A stretch of 64,000 nt of DNA from Rhizodiscina lignyota (Eukaryota): assembly GCA_010015805.1 (NCBI GenBank), contig ML978127.1:1798001-1862000 (forward strand), in the 5' to 3' direction. A program made the position numbers and the translations under genes. The notes beneath the pieces were generated by a model. The model ran no database searches. It was not told the DNA's origin and saw nothing but the letters and a program-made list of their open reading frames with translations. Every line of letters starts with the position of its first letter. Position 1 is the first letter of the stretch. This document shows positions 35,705 to 48,347 of this stretch, one piece after another.

Positions 35705-36920
35705 TCAGTGTCCTTCTTCCCGAGGAGACATGCTACGTTCCAAAGCCCGTATTCACTCCCAAGGCTATTCTTCACATTTTGCAGGACTACGTTTGAAAGC
35801 TTGATTATATATGCTCACTCTCTTCCTCGAAAAGAGAGATAGCACCTCTCAAGCTGTACAAACCTTGCTCATTTTCATTGTTCTTTGAGCGGTATGCCAG
35901 GTCCGAATGCCCAACACATGTCGGAGAGACCGTTCTTCACGAAAGCGCCGACTGCTTTGAATGCCCATATAGTGTACGCCTTCGTTCTTCTAAGGGAGAA
36001 ATACCGTACTCGGAAGCCTGTAATCTATTTCAGAATTTGCTCTTCCGCCAGAAGCACGCCGTATTCAAAAGCCTGCAATCTATTTTAGAATAGGTTCTTC
36101 CGATAGAAGCACGGCATGTCCGAAAACTCGACGTCTATTTTAGCATTCGCTCTTTGGCTTGATGGGCGGCATGACTGAAAGCTTGCAGTTTGTATTAGTA
36201 TTCGCTCTTTCGATAGAATATGACGGTATGTTTAGAAGCTAGTAATCTCTATTTGGACTGACTCTTCCGAGAAAAGCACGGCATGCTTACAAGTATATCC
36301 TATTTCAAAAACCCCTCTTCCGGCAAAAAGGTAGCACTTCCGAAGGCCTTTAATCTATATCTGAAACTGTTCTTCTGCACAAACGGGACCGCTTCTGCAG
36401 GCTTTTATATGTATCCTATTGCTAATTCTTCTTGTAAAAGACGCCGTGCCCGAACGCTCGTAATCTATCTCATAAACCCTTCTTCCGTGCAAAAGCCATA
36501 GTCGCTGGAGGCTTCTGTATCTGCCTCGGTGATTGTTCTTCTTACAACGGACGACATTCCAGAAAGCCCATATCTATTTAAGAATCCATTCTCCCGCATA
36601 ATGAACGCTGTCGATCGAGGCATGAGTGTCTTACTTTGTATCTCTCTTTCTCACGAAGGGCGGCATGCCTAAATGCTCGTATCTAATCAATGATTTATTC
36701 TTCTGTGAAATAGGTATCATCATTGGAGGCTTGAATAGCTGTGTTGTCATTCGTAGTCAAAGAGAATGCACAGCTCCAACAAGGTAGATAGTCTATCTTA
36801 GAATTCGCTCTTCCACTAGAAAGGCGGCATGTTCGAAAGCTAGCAATGTATTTTAGATACCCTCATTCCGAAAAGAGAACACCATCGTCAGAGGCTTGTA
36901 TACCTATGCTATTATCCGTG
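35705..36920. repeat. Degenerate ~55 bp tandem array (about 22 units), approximate consensus GCTCTTCCGNTAGAAGCACGGCATGTYCGAAAGCTTGYAATCTATTTTAGAATTC
   Basis: TCTTC/TCTTT at 35715, 35769, 35821, 35882, 35934, 35986, 36041, 36096, 36151, 36206, 36263, 36316, 36371, 36427, 36481, 36537, 36645, 36699, 36809; central units align over their full length. Confidence 0.9.
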
Positions 36921-37207
36921 GTCAAGAAGAGTGTACAGTTCCAACGTGTACGCATTGTATCGGCTGGGACAGGCTGGTCGTCCTGCAAGTCCGCTTTTCG
37001 GAGGCGCATATACGTAATTCATTCAGATTCTGTCACGGTTAAATGCGGCAAACATAAGGCATGCATGGGTCATCACTGTCATTTCATAAGCTGTACATGG
37101 CAAATTGAATTGAAATTTCCCCCTCATGGGGGATCATTGGTATTTAAGAAAAAGAAAACGCCAGCTAGCTACATTTGGAAATAATTGAAAGCGCTAACTT
37201 AGTTAAG

Positions 37208-38995
37208 TTAGACTTGAGGAGAGATCGGGCTAGCCTTGGAACGGCGATAGCCGACGACGGATGCGACTGCCACTATAACGACCACCGTGAAGGCGCTGAG
37301 AATCGCGTAGATATGCGGAAGGAGCGTCTCTGTGAGGAAGGCGCGCGGCAGCAAGGGCCAAAAAACGCGTATAATCCATGGCAAAGCTGTGTCACATTAG
37401 TTTCTATAAGAAGAATGTTGAGTAAGTTCTTACCGAATAGCTGGAAGAACGTATCTCGGGTCTTCTCCTCTAAGAACCACTTCGAGATGTAATGCATGAA
37501 CATGAGGGTTGACAGGAAAAACAGTTCCGAGCCGAATTCCCGCATGCTATTGAAAAGGTTCATAAAGTCAGAGATATTATTCTTGATCGACTCGACGTTC
37601 TCCCGGGCATGAGCACTCGTGTTGGCGAGAATAGTCATTTGCTGGGTCTCGTTCTTGATTTGTGCGATATGGAAGCTCGACATCTGGACAATGTGGTCGG
37701 TCATCTGGGATGCTGTTGCAAGACCGCCTCGAAGTTGATCCAGTTCCTCCATTGGCATTTTCTGCATCAATTTGGCGATCCGCTTCGCATGCTCGGTGAC
37801 GATCTGCATGTGATGCTTCTGATCCGCGGCGAGATCTTGCGACTCCGAAAGACGGGTGATGAAGGATAGGAATTGTGCATTGAGATTGTCCATATAAGTT
37901 CTGCCTTGAGTTACATCCTGATGAGACAATTAGCATGTTCCAAAGAGGGAATTGCCATGCACTTACACCCTGGAAGGCCTCAAGCGATGACACAGTCTTG
38001 CCCAGATCTCCATGAAGGCCAGCAACGTGGGCCTTGACTCTCTTGAACATCTCATTCACCTCGATGTCATAGTCACGAGTCTTGCGAAGAACCTCGTCTT
38101 GGAGTTTGATAAGCCACTTTTCGGCAGCAACTGCTGCTTCTTCTTGGCGCTTGATAGCATTATCACTGGCGGCGACGAGGTCTCCGGTGCTTTTCACCAT
38201 TGACTTGAAAGTGTGGATGAGCGTCTCTATTGAAACCGTCAGCTGCGTGCGCGGGGCATCGATGAGAAATCAGATACAGGTTCTGGGCAAAGCTTCACAT
38301 ACCTCTGTCAATTGCCTCGCGACTGGCATGGCAAACTACCATGGCATTCTGTCTGGCGTTGCTGTAGCTTGTCCAAGTCTGTGCCTTATCACTAAGGGCC
38401 GTGATGCAGCGTTGAACGTGTGTCAGACTGTAATGCGGGTAGCAAGTGCCATCGTTCGTCTGGCGGGGCTGAACCGAACCCTTGGTGGACTTGAACCAGT
38501 CGCTGTCCTTGCATGCTTCGATGGATGGAGTGAATCGGGCGCATTGCTTGGGGACTGATGCCTGTGCGGAATTCAACTCGCAAGCAGCAAGCTTGACTGC
38601 GTACTCGTTCCTTGTAGCGTCGAGCATCTTTTCGACATCCTTGGTCATTGTGGAATCGTAACCCTGGCCGAGAGAGTGGCACGAATCAATGAGATCGACA
38701 GTTGCGGCCTGGTGGCAGGACGGAGCTGAGCGGAGAGAGATAATGAGGGATTCAGCCTGGGCGAAGACCTCGGTGGGAGACTTCTGGTGAGTGCTAAGAA
38801 GATTGATGATTTCAGGAGTTGCTGCTTTGATGGTCATTGGTCCAGCTAGAAAGAATCATCGTTAGGTTACGAAAGACATCATGTTCGCAGAAGGCACAGC
38901 CAAATTCCACCTTACTAACCTTCCGGGAAGGACGAAACTCCATGGCAGAGCAGAGCTCCGATAAGAAAGAGCGCAGTCATAAGGATATGCGCCAT
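37208..38995 (-). CDS. KAR5: Nuclear membrane fusion protein, Kar5/Tht1-like, 5 exons
   Basis: Signal peptide; Cys-rich domain SCHQAATVDLIDSC...YAVKLAACEL...VPKQC...CITAL...QTWTSYSNARQNAMVVCHASR; coiled coil; C-terminal hydrophobic segments. Confidence 0.8.
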
Positions 38996-39558
38996 GATGG
39001 AAGAGATTCGTAGTTGCAGATGCTGGAGTATAAGGAGAAAGGAGGAAAGGGAACCGGAAGAGATATTGAAAAGGTCACGTGAACAGCCGATGGAACGCTC
39101 GTAGATGAAGGCCCTGATGTATGAGCGTAGATGATTGAGAGGATCAAGGTCAGTCAGTGGTGAGCTAGCGGCTTGTGGATTCCTCAGTCAGTCGTGGCCA
39201 TAAAGTTGGAGAGCGAAGAAGTTGTTTCCGCGTTGGAGCGCGATGAGGGGCGAAAGAGGTGCCTTTATATATTTGGGGTGAGAGACTCGAAGTTAGCTGC
39301 CTAAGGTGAGCTATGACGCATGCGAAAGTCAAATTGGCTCTGAGGTGAGTCAATTGGATGTGTTGCGCGAGTTTTTGCGCAAGTGAAGTGGAGGAAGTTA
39401 AGAGAGAAGAGCGTGCGGACGCGTGAAGTAGCGCGACCGGATGCCAAGGCTGCAGGGATCACTTTTTGAGGCTCAGAACTGCAGACGACGACCCTGGTTC
39501 GAGCAACTCAAAATCAACGACAATTCTGTGCATTTGAAGAAGCGCACTATTTCACATC

Positions 39559-40353
39559 ATGTTAAAGACCTCGTCTCGACGGGCAGTTGCTTCTATCGCT
39601 TCACTGTCTGATACCTACTCAATTCCGCTCTTCCTCTTGCCGTCCTTCCACCCTTCGAGACAGCGAACATTCTCGTCCTCCTCACAATGCAAGTCGAAGA
39701 TAGGGTCTGCGCCTTTGTCAATACCTGCAGAAGTTACATTCACTATCATGCCACCTCCGCCGAGTGCAAAGCAAGTGCAAGGCCGTGGGATGTCCACAGT
39801 GCACATCAAAGGCCCGCTAGGTAACTCACTTCACGTTCATTCCAAACTTGAGAACTAATAAGATTGAATAGGAGAGCTTCACTATGACATTCCGCCCTAC
39901 ATCACGATCGACCAATCAACAAACAAGCCAACTCTAGGCATCCAAGACGCGAAAGTGAGACATCAGCGTGAGATGTGGGGCACTGTTCGGGCATACCTTC
40001 AAAACCACATCTTAGGAGTATCTGAAGGCCACACCGCAATCCTGCGTCTAGTCGGAGTCGGTTACCGTGCAACGATTGAATCGACTGCGACAACGAAGGA
40101 AGCAGAATATCCTGGCCAGCAGTTTGTGAATCTGAAAGTTGGATATTCACACCCAATTGAGCTCGGGGTACCAATGGGAGTGAAAGCAAGTACGCCTCAA
40201 CCGACTCGAATACTCCTCGAAGGGCCAGAAAAGGAGGTAGTGATGCAATTTGCCGCCATCATAAGGAAGTGGCGGGTGCCTGAACCATACAAGGGCAAGG
40301 GCATATTCGTGAACGGTGAAACAATCAGGCTGAAGTCCAAGAAGATCAAATAA
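39559..40353 (+). CDS. MRPL6: Mitochondrial ribosomal protein L6 (intron 39821-39871)
   Basis: Presequence, SKIG, KGPLG, MWGTVRA, GVGYRA, VGYSHP, PEPYKGKGI. Confidence 0.95.
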
Positions 40354-40437
40354 GCGCCGAGGTTTAAACTTTTCACATGTTCTTGTCTATATCTATCTTG
40401 ATACCCAGCGAAACCGGGCAGATGACTCAATGTAAAC

Positions 40438-41694
40438 CTACTTTGAGGACAGAACTTGTTTCACCGCCTCTAAAATCTTTCCATGCACTGCCTTAGGGGC
40501 TGCAACCACACCTTTGTTGGCCTTTAATGTCCGACCAAGAGTGAAGTCCAGCCTCTTCCCAGTGACATCTGTAACCTCTCCTCCAGCTTCACGTACGATC
40601 AGATCACCAGCCGCGTGATCCCAAATCTTCTCTTCATAATCCGCACGCACCGGTAGTCTGAGATATAGATCTCCAGCTCCTCTCGCGATGCTTCCATATT
40701 TGGCTTGACTGTCCATTCGTACGCTTGGTTTCGTGATGCCTAAGAGTTTTGCGATTGCTGCCTGATCGCTATGTGAAGAGTGGCCTGACTCAACACTTTC
40801 ACAGAATGTCGCTTGAGTGATGTCTTCAATCGGTTTCATGTGAATTGGAGCCTCTTTTGAGAGAGCGCCTCTGCTCAAAGCTCCTGATGTTGCACCTTCG
40901 CCCAGCACCGCAGAGAAAATCACCCCCTTACCCTCCGCATCAGTTTGATTTTCTCCGGCGTGGGCATCTAGCGGCGCCGAATCATCTACTGGGAGGTTGG
41001 GGCATCCCAACACGCCGACCTTGACGTCACCATCGACCATCAGTGCTAGACACACCGCATATTGCCCTCCTCTCAGAAAGCCTTTCGTCCCATCAATCGG
41101 ATCAATTGCCCAGATGCGGCCTTTTGCACCTCCAGGACTCTTTCCCATATCAATCGCATCCAACATCTCTTGCTCGCTTTGTATTGGGCCTCCAAGCTCT
41201 TGCTCCGCTGACTCATCTTCCAACATCGTTGCTTGCACATAGCTCCATATCCGCTCGCTCAATGGTTTGTTTGCTATAAGCTCTGCTGCCTCTTCTTCAG
41301 CCACAATCTCATCATCGGGGAAGTGGTGCCTTAGAGCCGATATAATGAGAGCTTGTGCCCCGAAATCTCCCACCGTCACCGGGGAGTGGTCCTCTTTCGA
41401 GACTGTGCCTTTAGCGGTTGTGTGGAAGACGGATTTGGTGAGAAGAGTTGCACGCTGAACTGCCAATTGAGCTATTCTTAGCTCTTTTGCGTATGGCATG
41501 GCCGAATCTGCGAGCTTCGCAGTGGAGCTTGAGGAACGGAAGAGGCGTGGGACTTGAAGGTGGGATGAGATGAGAGAGAGGCGGGAGGAGAAGGTCGCAA
41601 GAAGACCGCTGAGAGCCAGGACGACAATTGAGAAGATGAAGTACTTGCTAGAGAGCAATGGGCTAGTAGGCTTCTTGCCAGAGTTATTTTTCAT
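40438..41694 (-). CDS. MET22: 3'(2'),5'-bisphosphate nucleotidase (PAP phosphatase); second in-frame ATG at 41499
   Basis: SPVTVGDFGAQA, AEE, DPIDGTKGFLRGGQYAVCLAL, DSQAKY, EKIWDHAAG. Confidence 0.95.
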   Translation of the reverse strand: MKNNSGKKPTSPLLSSKYFIFSIVVLALSGLLATFSSRLSLISSHLQVPRLFRSSSSTAKLADSAMPYAKELRIAQLAVQRATLLTKSVFHTTAKGTVSKEDHSPVTVGDFGAQALIISALRHHFPDDEIVAEEEAAELIANKPLSERIWSYVQATMLEDESAEQELGGPIQSEQEMLDAIDMGKSPGGAKGRIWAIDPIDGTKGFLRGGQYAVCLALMVDGDVKVGVLGCPNLPVDDSAPLDAHAGENQTDAEGKGVIFSAVLGEGATSGALSRGALSKEAPIHMKPIEDITQATFCESVESGHSSHSDQAAIAKLLGITKPSVRMDSQAKYGSIARGAGDLYLRLPVRADYEEKIWDHAAGDLIVREAGGEVTDVTGKRLDFTLGRTLKANKGVVAAPKAVHGKILEAVKQVLSSK

Positions 41695-41888
41695 GGCAAC
41701 AGTCGAATTCGACAGATGCCGAGTCTGACCTTTGCATCTTTGTGACGTGCTTGTGGCGGACCGAGCCGCGCGCGAGTCATGCAACACAGCTCACAAAGCA
41801 GTGTTGAATCTTCTCTCACTGCGGAGAAAAACAGTTTCGACCTTTTCAACTTCCTCGTACTCTGTACATAGCTGACCTAAACCGCAAA

Positions 41889-43421
41889 ATGGCTCCAGCA
41901 CTTCAGACCTCGAAAAGGAAATTCTACAAACTTCTAGATGGGTTGAATACATCACAGTCCAGCCTTTCAACGCGGCAAACAAACAAAGCTGGCGCTTCGA
42001 CAACGACCTTGAACGCCAGGCCCGACGAACCAGCCGCGAAACGCTCACGTCTGTCTCTTGACAGTACTCAGAGTCAGACCCAAGATACTCGCCCGAGTAG
42101 CGTTCGCATCGTTGGCCCTTCAACATCGGCGTTCGCGAAAGCCTCTACGAGGCCGTCAACATCAGCCACCAACTCGAAGACTCCCCCACGGCCCACTCCA
42201 AATTACCAGCCGTTCTCACAACCGGCCTTTCTAGACCGCTTGAAGACATTCTCAGACGTGAAACTCTGGACATACAAGCCGAGCGAGATATCTGAACTCC
42301 ATTGGGCGAAGAGAGGATGGGTATGTGACAGTAAAGAAGTTGACGTGGTGGCTTGCAAAGGCGGCTGCGAGGCGAGAGTGGTCGTCAGGCTGCGGAGAGG
42401 TAGGGAGAGGGCCGAAGCATTTGAACGTTTGAATAACGGAGGGAATTCAGATGACGCCTCGAAAGAGATCGCGACCGACAAAGACGTGGCAGACGGGGAG
42501 GGGCTGGAGATAGACTGGATGGATGAGGCTGATAACCCCCTTGTTGCAAGATACAAAGATCTCATCATAGAAGGACACCATGAGGGTTGCCTCTGGAAGA
42601 AAGCAGGCTGCAAAGACGACATCTATCGCATTCGCATGGCCGACGCGTCGACGTGGCAAACCGAACTTACTGAGCGATATAGTTCTTTGGTCGCGATCGG
42701 GCCTGCTCTTCCCGAGATGCTCAAGTTCCCTGATGCTGATGCTGAAACTGGAGATGAGCAGCGCACGATAAAATTCACAATTGATAATCTCCGGTCCAGT
42801 CTATTCAGCATCATGTCTATGGCACAAGTGCCTGCAGTCACAAGACACGACACAGCCTCGAGTGATTCAGGAACGATCCTCTCAGAGAAAGACTTGGATC
42901 TTACGGCCGTATCACTCTCTCTGTTCGGTTGGCAAGGGACTTCGCCTCATAAAATTCACCTTGCCACGTGCTCTCGTTGCTTTCAGCGCATAGGCTTATG
43001 GCTCTACACATCGAACCCATCGAATAAAGCTCTGCCTGCCAGCCAGAGCGGGATCGCAGATGACAATATCATGCGGTTCGACCTCGTTGGCTTGCATCGT
43101 GATCACTGTCCCTGGATCAATGGTGAGACTCAGGCCGGGCTTGGCCAATTTGCTGGGCTGCCGGCGTGGGAGATTCTCGTTCAATTGATCAAGGGATCAA
43201 GTCTCAGACGTACGAATGTGGAGGCTGGGCAGAGCGAAGAGGTCGAAGTCATGGACGAAGGAGATACTGGGAGCATGGAGCGCTCACGCGAGGAAGTTGA
43301 AGCAGAAGATCGGGCCAGAGACTCCAAATTTGCGAGATTGAAAAGAGCGTTCACCATCAAGAAGGGCAACAAAGCTGAGAACCGGAAGAGCTGGAAGAGC
43401 GGGAAGAGTGTGAAGGGATGA
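41889..43421 (+). CDS. zf-C3HC + Rsm1-like domain protein (Rsm1/Pml39/NIPA family)
   Basis: FLDRLKTF...WAKRGWVC...VACKGGC...HHEGCLW; second module CSRCFQRIGLW...HRDHCPWIN. Confidence 0.85.
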   Translation: MAPALQTSKRKFYKLLDGLNTSQSSLSTRQTNKAGASTTTLNARPDEPAAKRSRLSLDSTQSQTQDTRPSSVRIVGPSTSAFAKASTRPSTSATNSKTPPRPTPNYQPFSQPAFLDRLKTFSDVKLWTYKPSEISELHWAKRGWVCDSKEVDVVACKGGCEARVVVRLRRGRERAEAFERLNNGGNSDDASKEIATDKDVADGEGLEIDWMDEADNPLVARYKDLIIEGHHEGCLWKKAGCKDDIYRIRMADASTWQTELTERYSSLVAIGPALPEMLKFPDADAETGDEQRTIKFTIDNLRSSLFSIMSMAQVPAVTRHDTASSDSGTILSEKDLDLTAVSLSLFGWQGTSPHKIHLATCSRCFQRIGLWLYTSNPSNKALPASQSGIADDNIMRFDLVGLHRDHCPWINGETQAGLGQFAGLPAWEILVQLIKGSSLRRTNVEAGQSEEVEVMDEGDTGSMERSREEVEAEDRARDSKFARLKRAFTIKKGNKAENRKSWKSGKSVKG

Positions 43422-43752
43422 TATTTGGCTGGTCACTTAATCGGATTTATCTTTGCTTCTTTGCTTAAATACATCAATTTAATATCCAATGGCACTATTC
43501 ATACTCCAAAACGCGCTCATCTGTCGCGCTATCACATGATGTTCGGGTTAACTTCGGAGTATCGTCGGCATCCGGTCTCCCTGGGCAACGAGACGGTTCG
43601 ATGAACAGCGCTTTTGACATTTGAAAACGCGCCACCTTACAACGGCGTGGATAGTCTACCAAGCTCCTCTTACCCGACCCCTCTTGTCATTATAAACTAA
43701 GCAGAGGTACGTGTCGTCCCTGACAACTCCTGCAGTGTCATCAGCATCTAAT

Positions 43753-46700
43753 ATGTCTACAGGCAACAGCAGCCGCAGGCGTGCGAAAGCACAAACACCG
43801 AAGGATACGCGCAGCGTTGTTAACCTCTTTGCAAACTTGCGCGTCGAACCCGAAGAACGCCTTCAAGAAGGTACCGGGGAGCGTCTTTTTGGAGCAAGTG
43901 TCTTCGCCTCACCATCCAGTTTCGACTTCAAGCGAGCAGGCCACTCATTCCTATCATTGGGTGGCGATAGCACGCAACTAAAGGAGCAGAGCCCGCCTGT
44001 GGAGAACTTCTTTGATCATTCCAACGTATTTGGAGCGAAGAAGCCGTCTGTCGAGAGTTTCTTCGACCGCTCTTCTGTGTTCGGCTTGAAAGCTCCTCCA
44101 CGTGAAGGTGCTGAGAGCTTATCAAATTCCTCGACGCACAAATTGTTCAACACACCACCAGACTTCAATTTTGGTGGCGTGTCGACTAGCAGAGAAACTG
44201 CAAGCAGTTCGATTCAAGGGGATCTGCAAGAAGTTCAGAGCAGCCAACGTATCCCCGGGAAAGACCGCACAATCCAAGCTCGCTTTGCCAATTCATCTGA
44301 GAAGCCGCCGTGGCTGACAACTTCTCCACAACAGTCCAAGTCTAGGACACCGAGCATTCCGTTTTCAAGCCAAGGACCCGCAAGTACTACACCAGTGACG
44401 AGCGGACCTTGGCAGCCAAACGTCAACCTACAATTGGTGGCTTCTGCGCTGTCCGGCTTACCAAAGGAGGAGCGTGTAAATCTCAGAGACAACATAGTAG
44501 GTACTAGCCTGAGAGACTCGGGTCCTTCACTTTTTAGCTCTTCTGAGATGGTGAAAGAACGAGAGCCTCTGCGACCTACACAACCGTCGCAGCCATCACT
44601 CGATCAGGAAGGCACAGCGACCATGGAGAAATCAACTCTGCCAACGGGTGGTTCGACTTCTGCTCCGGAAGGTACCGACACAAAGACTGCAAGCTCGACA
44701 TCGGGACTTTCAAAGCGAGAGAAGATGATAGTGGATCTGACTGGCGGCAGTCCAGAATTTGGGAAGACCAGTCCTTTGCGCAATCCGCTACAGAAGCAAA
44801 AGCAGAAGAACTATGACCACCTCTTCAATATTCCCAAGCCAGGCCAGTCGAGGCCGGAACATCATAGGCCTCCCCCTCCTCGCCCAACTGCCTCTTCTGG
44901 CCTTCTTAATCACACTGTACATACTTTCAGAGTGCCATCCGGCGGCTATCGGAATCCTCTTGATCCTAATGCCTTCGCTGCTCCCCCATCGTCAAGTCAC
45001 GCTGCTCCTCAAACAGCGTCACAAACACGACCGATGTACTCATCCATGCAGCCACCCTCTGGATTCGCTTCGCTCGATCCATACCGCGCTCCTCCTCGAC
45101 CGACAGTCGATTTGACTAAGAATGATGATGACGATGATCAATTCGATCCTAATGCCGCGCTTCGTAATCTGGCATTTGGCGAGAGCGACCCCTACATGTA
45201 TGTTGACGTTGAGAACGCCAACAAAAATATGAAAGCGCTTCTGGAGGGTGCATTCGAGGATGAAGAAGACAAGCCTAAGTTGAGACTGCGCAAGCGTAAG
45301 CAGCCTGAGGTTAAGGAAGATAGTGGAGCTAAGGGACTTGCAAGCAAGCTTGCAGCACTCGATGTTAAAGACCAAGAAAAAAAGGGTGACAAGGAGGATG
45401 AAGAAGAAGCAGATGACGGCACTATTGATGGCATGAAAGTAAAGTTGTTGCCGCATCAAGTCGACGGTCTGGCATGGATGACAGACAAAGAGATTGGAAA
45501 GAGGAAGAAAAATGGCGTGTTGCCCAAAGGTGGCATCCTTGCAGATGATGTATGTTTTCCTCGCATTCTGCATTTCACACTTTGACTGACTCCTCACAGA
45601 TGGGTCTCGGCAAAACCATCCAGGCTGTTGCGCTAATGCTGACGAACCCTCGTCCCGAAGACGAAGAACTGGAAGCGGACCCAAAGCTGAAGATCTCCAG
45701 AAAGACAGGCAAAGGAACGCTCGTCGTTGCGCCTCTTGCGCTTATTAGGCAATGGGAAAGCGAAATCAAGACCAAGGTATCCTCATCACAGAACCTCCGT
45801 GTCCTTGTCCACCACGGGCAGTCTCGCACCAAACGCGCCGATGATCTCAAGAAATATGACGTGGTCATTACCACCTATCAAATCCTCGCCTCGGAACATG
45901 CTGGCAGTTCTGATAGCGACGGCGGCCCTACGCTTGGTTGTTTTGGTGTGCACTGGTATCGAATCATTCTTGATGAAGCTCATACAGTCAAGAACCGAAA
46001 TGCGAAGAGTACACAAGCCTGCTACGCATTGCACAGCCATTACCGTTGGTGTCTCACCGGAACTCCCATGCAGAACAACTTGGACGAGCTGCAAAGCTTG
46101 ATAAGATTCCTTCGGATCAAACCATACTGCGAGATGGGCCCTTGGAAAGAGCAGATCACAGTACCAATGAAGAATGGACGTGGCGGCCTTGCGATGAAGC
46201 GCCTACAATTTTTCCTCAAAGCTTGCATGAAGAGACGTACGAAAGATATTCTCAAGCAGGAAGGCGCTCTTAACCCTGGTGGGAAGCCAAAGGAAGGCGC
46301 CGATCAAGCAACAAGTACAGGATTCAAGATCGTGAACAGGAAGGTGGAAAACGTCGTTGCCGAGTTCAACGACCGAGAGCGCAGATTCTACGACAGCCTC
46401 TCCGCTCGTGCGCAGCACAGCCTCGAGGATATGATCAACAAGGAGAAAATGGATAACATCGGTGCTTTGGTCTTGCTGCTTCGTCTTCGACAAGCGTGTA
46501 ACCATCCAAAGCTCATCACAGCAAGCAAGAAAAAGGATAAGGATGCGCTTGAAGGTCAGACATCTGGCGCGAACAGTGGCTCACAGACTCCACGGGGAGC
46601 ACGCAATGTTGATGAAGAGGTGGATGACATTGCAGATATGCTTGGAGGGTTGAGCGTGGCAAACAAAAAGTGTGACAGTTGTGGTACACCTTTGGAGCCA

Positions 46701-47870
46701 TACGAAGTCCAGCGAGGTGGCGTGCGATGTGATGCGTGTGAGCAAGATAAGGAAGACTTTGAAGAGGAGCTGGATTCAGTTCGGTTCCTTGGGAAGAAAT
46801 TGAAAAAGGGCAAGGGGAAGTCAAAATCTAAGAAGAGCAAGGCAGCATCTTCTGTGCCCGCTCCGAAGCCTCAGCGAAAGCGGCCTGTCATCACGGACAG
46901 CGACGACGAAGATGAGGGCGAATGGATTGTTCCCGAGAATAAGCGCGATGTGTCTGACCTTGGCAAAGCTGGAGGCAGCGACGACGAGGACGCTGAAGGT
47001 GGTGGTGACACTCTAGGTTCTGTTGACTCTCGGACCGACGAAGACGAAGACGACGACGAAGACGAATCATCTGAGGAGGAGTCCGACGAGGATGAGTCCA
47101 CAGATGATTCGGAGCAAGACGAGAAGGCGCGCTATAGGAAGAATGACGCGCAAAATCCACTCGCCTCGACCAAGATCCGCCATCTGCTTCGCATTCTTTC
47201 GAACGAGACCCCAGATCACAAAGTGATTGTCTTCTCGCAATTCACATCCATGCTCGACCTGATTGAGCCCTTCCTCCACTCTTCCGGCTTCACATTTACT
47301 CGTTACGACGGTAGCATGCGCAATGATGCCCGCGAGGCCTCCCTCGATCGCCTTAGAAACGACAAGAAGACTCGTATTCTCCTCTGTAGTCTCAAATGCG
47401 GCAGTCTGGGTCTCAACCTCACAGCGGCAAGCCGCGTCGTAATCCTCGAGCCCTTCTGGAATCCGTTTGTGGAAGAGCAGGCGATCGACCGTGTGCATAG
47501 GCTCAACCAGACTGTCGATGTGCACGTCTATAAGATTACAATCAAGGACAGTGTTGAAGAGAGGATTCTCGAGTTGCAGGAGAGTAAGAGGAAGCTTGCG
47601 AACGCGGCCATCGAGCAGGGTGGCGCGAAGGGCCTGAACAAGTTGAGCATGCAGGATATTATGAACTTGTTCAAGAGGGATGCCGAGCTACATCACAAGG
47701 AAGATGCGGACTCCGCGGCTCTGGCAAGCCATGGGAGGGTCTTGACGAATCCTGTCAGAGTTGACAAGTACGGCGGATCTTCGGGGCATGTGGAATCGAG
47801 TGAGAGGGTCAGGGTGCCCCAGAGGAAGGTTAGTTCGAGAGTGGAAGATGCAGTGTATGGCCGGAGATGA
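43753..47870 (+). CDS. SNF2-family ATPase (Rad5/Rad16/Uls1-like group), intron 45550-45599; true start uncertain
   Basis: LLPHQ, GGILADD|MGLGKT, LDEAH, LTGTPMQN, LLRLRQACNHP, FSQF, GLNLT, QAIDRVHRLNQ. Confidence 0.92.
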
Positions 47871-48347
47871 TTTTCTCACTTTGGAGCGGCTCAATTGTTT
47901 CTTTTGTCAGTTATTTGGTTGGGAGGATCATCTGGAGTCGGATAGAACTGGAGTTATTGGCAGCCCGATTATCGTGAGCCATCGCCTCAGGAGCGATGAG
48001 AAGAAATATCTCTGGGTTCTTAGTTTGTGTTTCCTGTAATCACTGTAATTCATTTCAAGTAAACAGTTAATTCTAAAGGTACTGCGGCATATACCTAAGT
48101 CCTGGTCGTGATCAACTTGGCGGACTCCAGACGAAGACGAAGATAGAGAACTTCTCCGAAATTCCCCGGATCCAACCCCACAGCCGATCCGCCCCGTGTC
48201 GTCCGATGCGTTGCCCATGAAACTGCTAGTGGGAGTCCAATCGCGCATTTTTCTGACCGTCTGGACCCTGTTGCATACGGTGCCATTGAATATATTTAAA
48301 AGTCGTCAGTCCCTACCCACCTCGCCTACGTGCATAGCGACGCAGCA

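Noticed and set aside
35705..36920. CRISPR-like interpretation of the repeat array
   Set aside because: Eukaryotic context, no cas genes, and whole units are homologous rather than identical repeats separated by unique spacers
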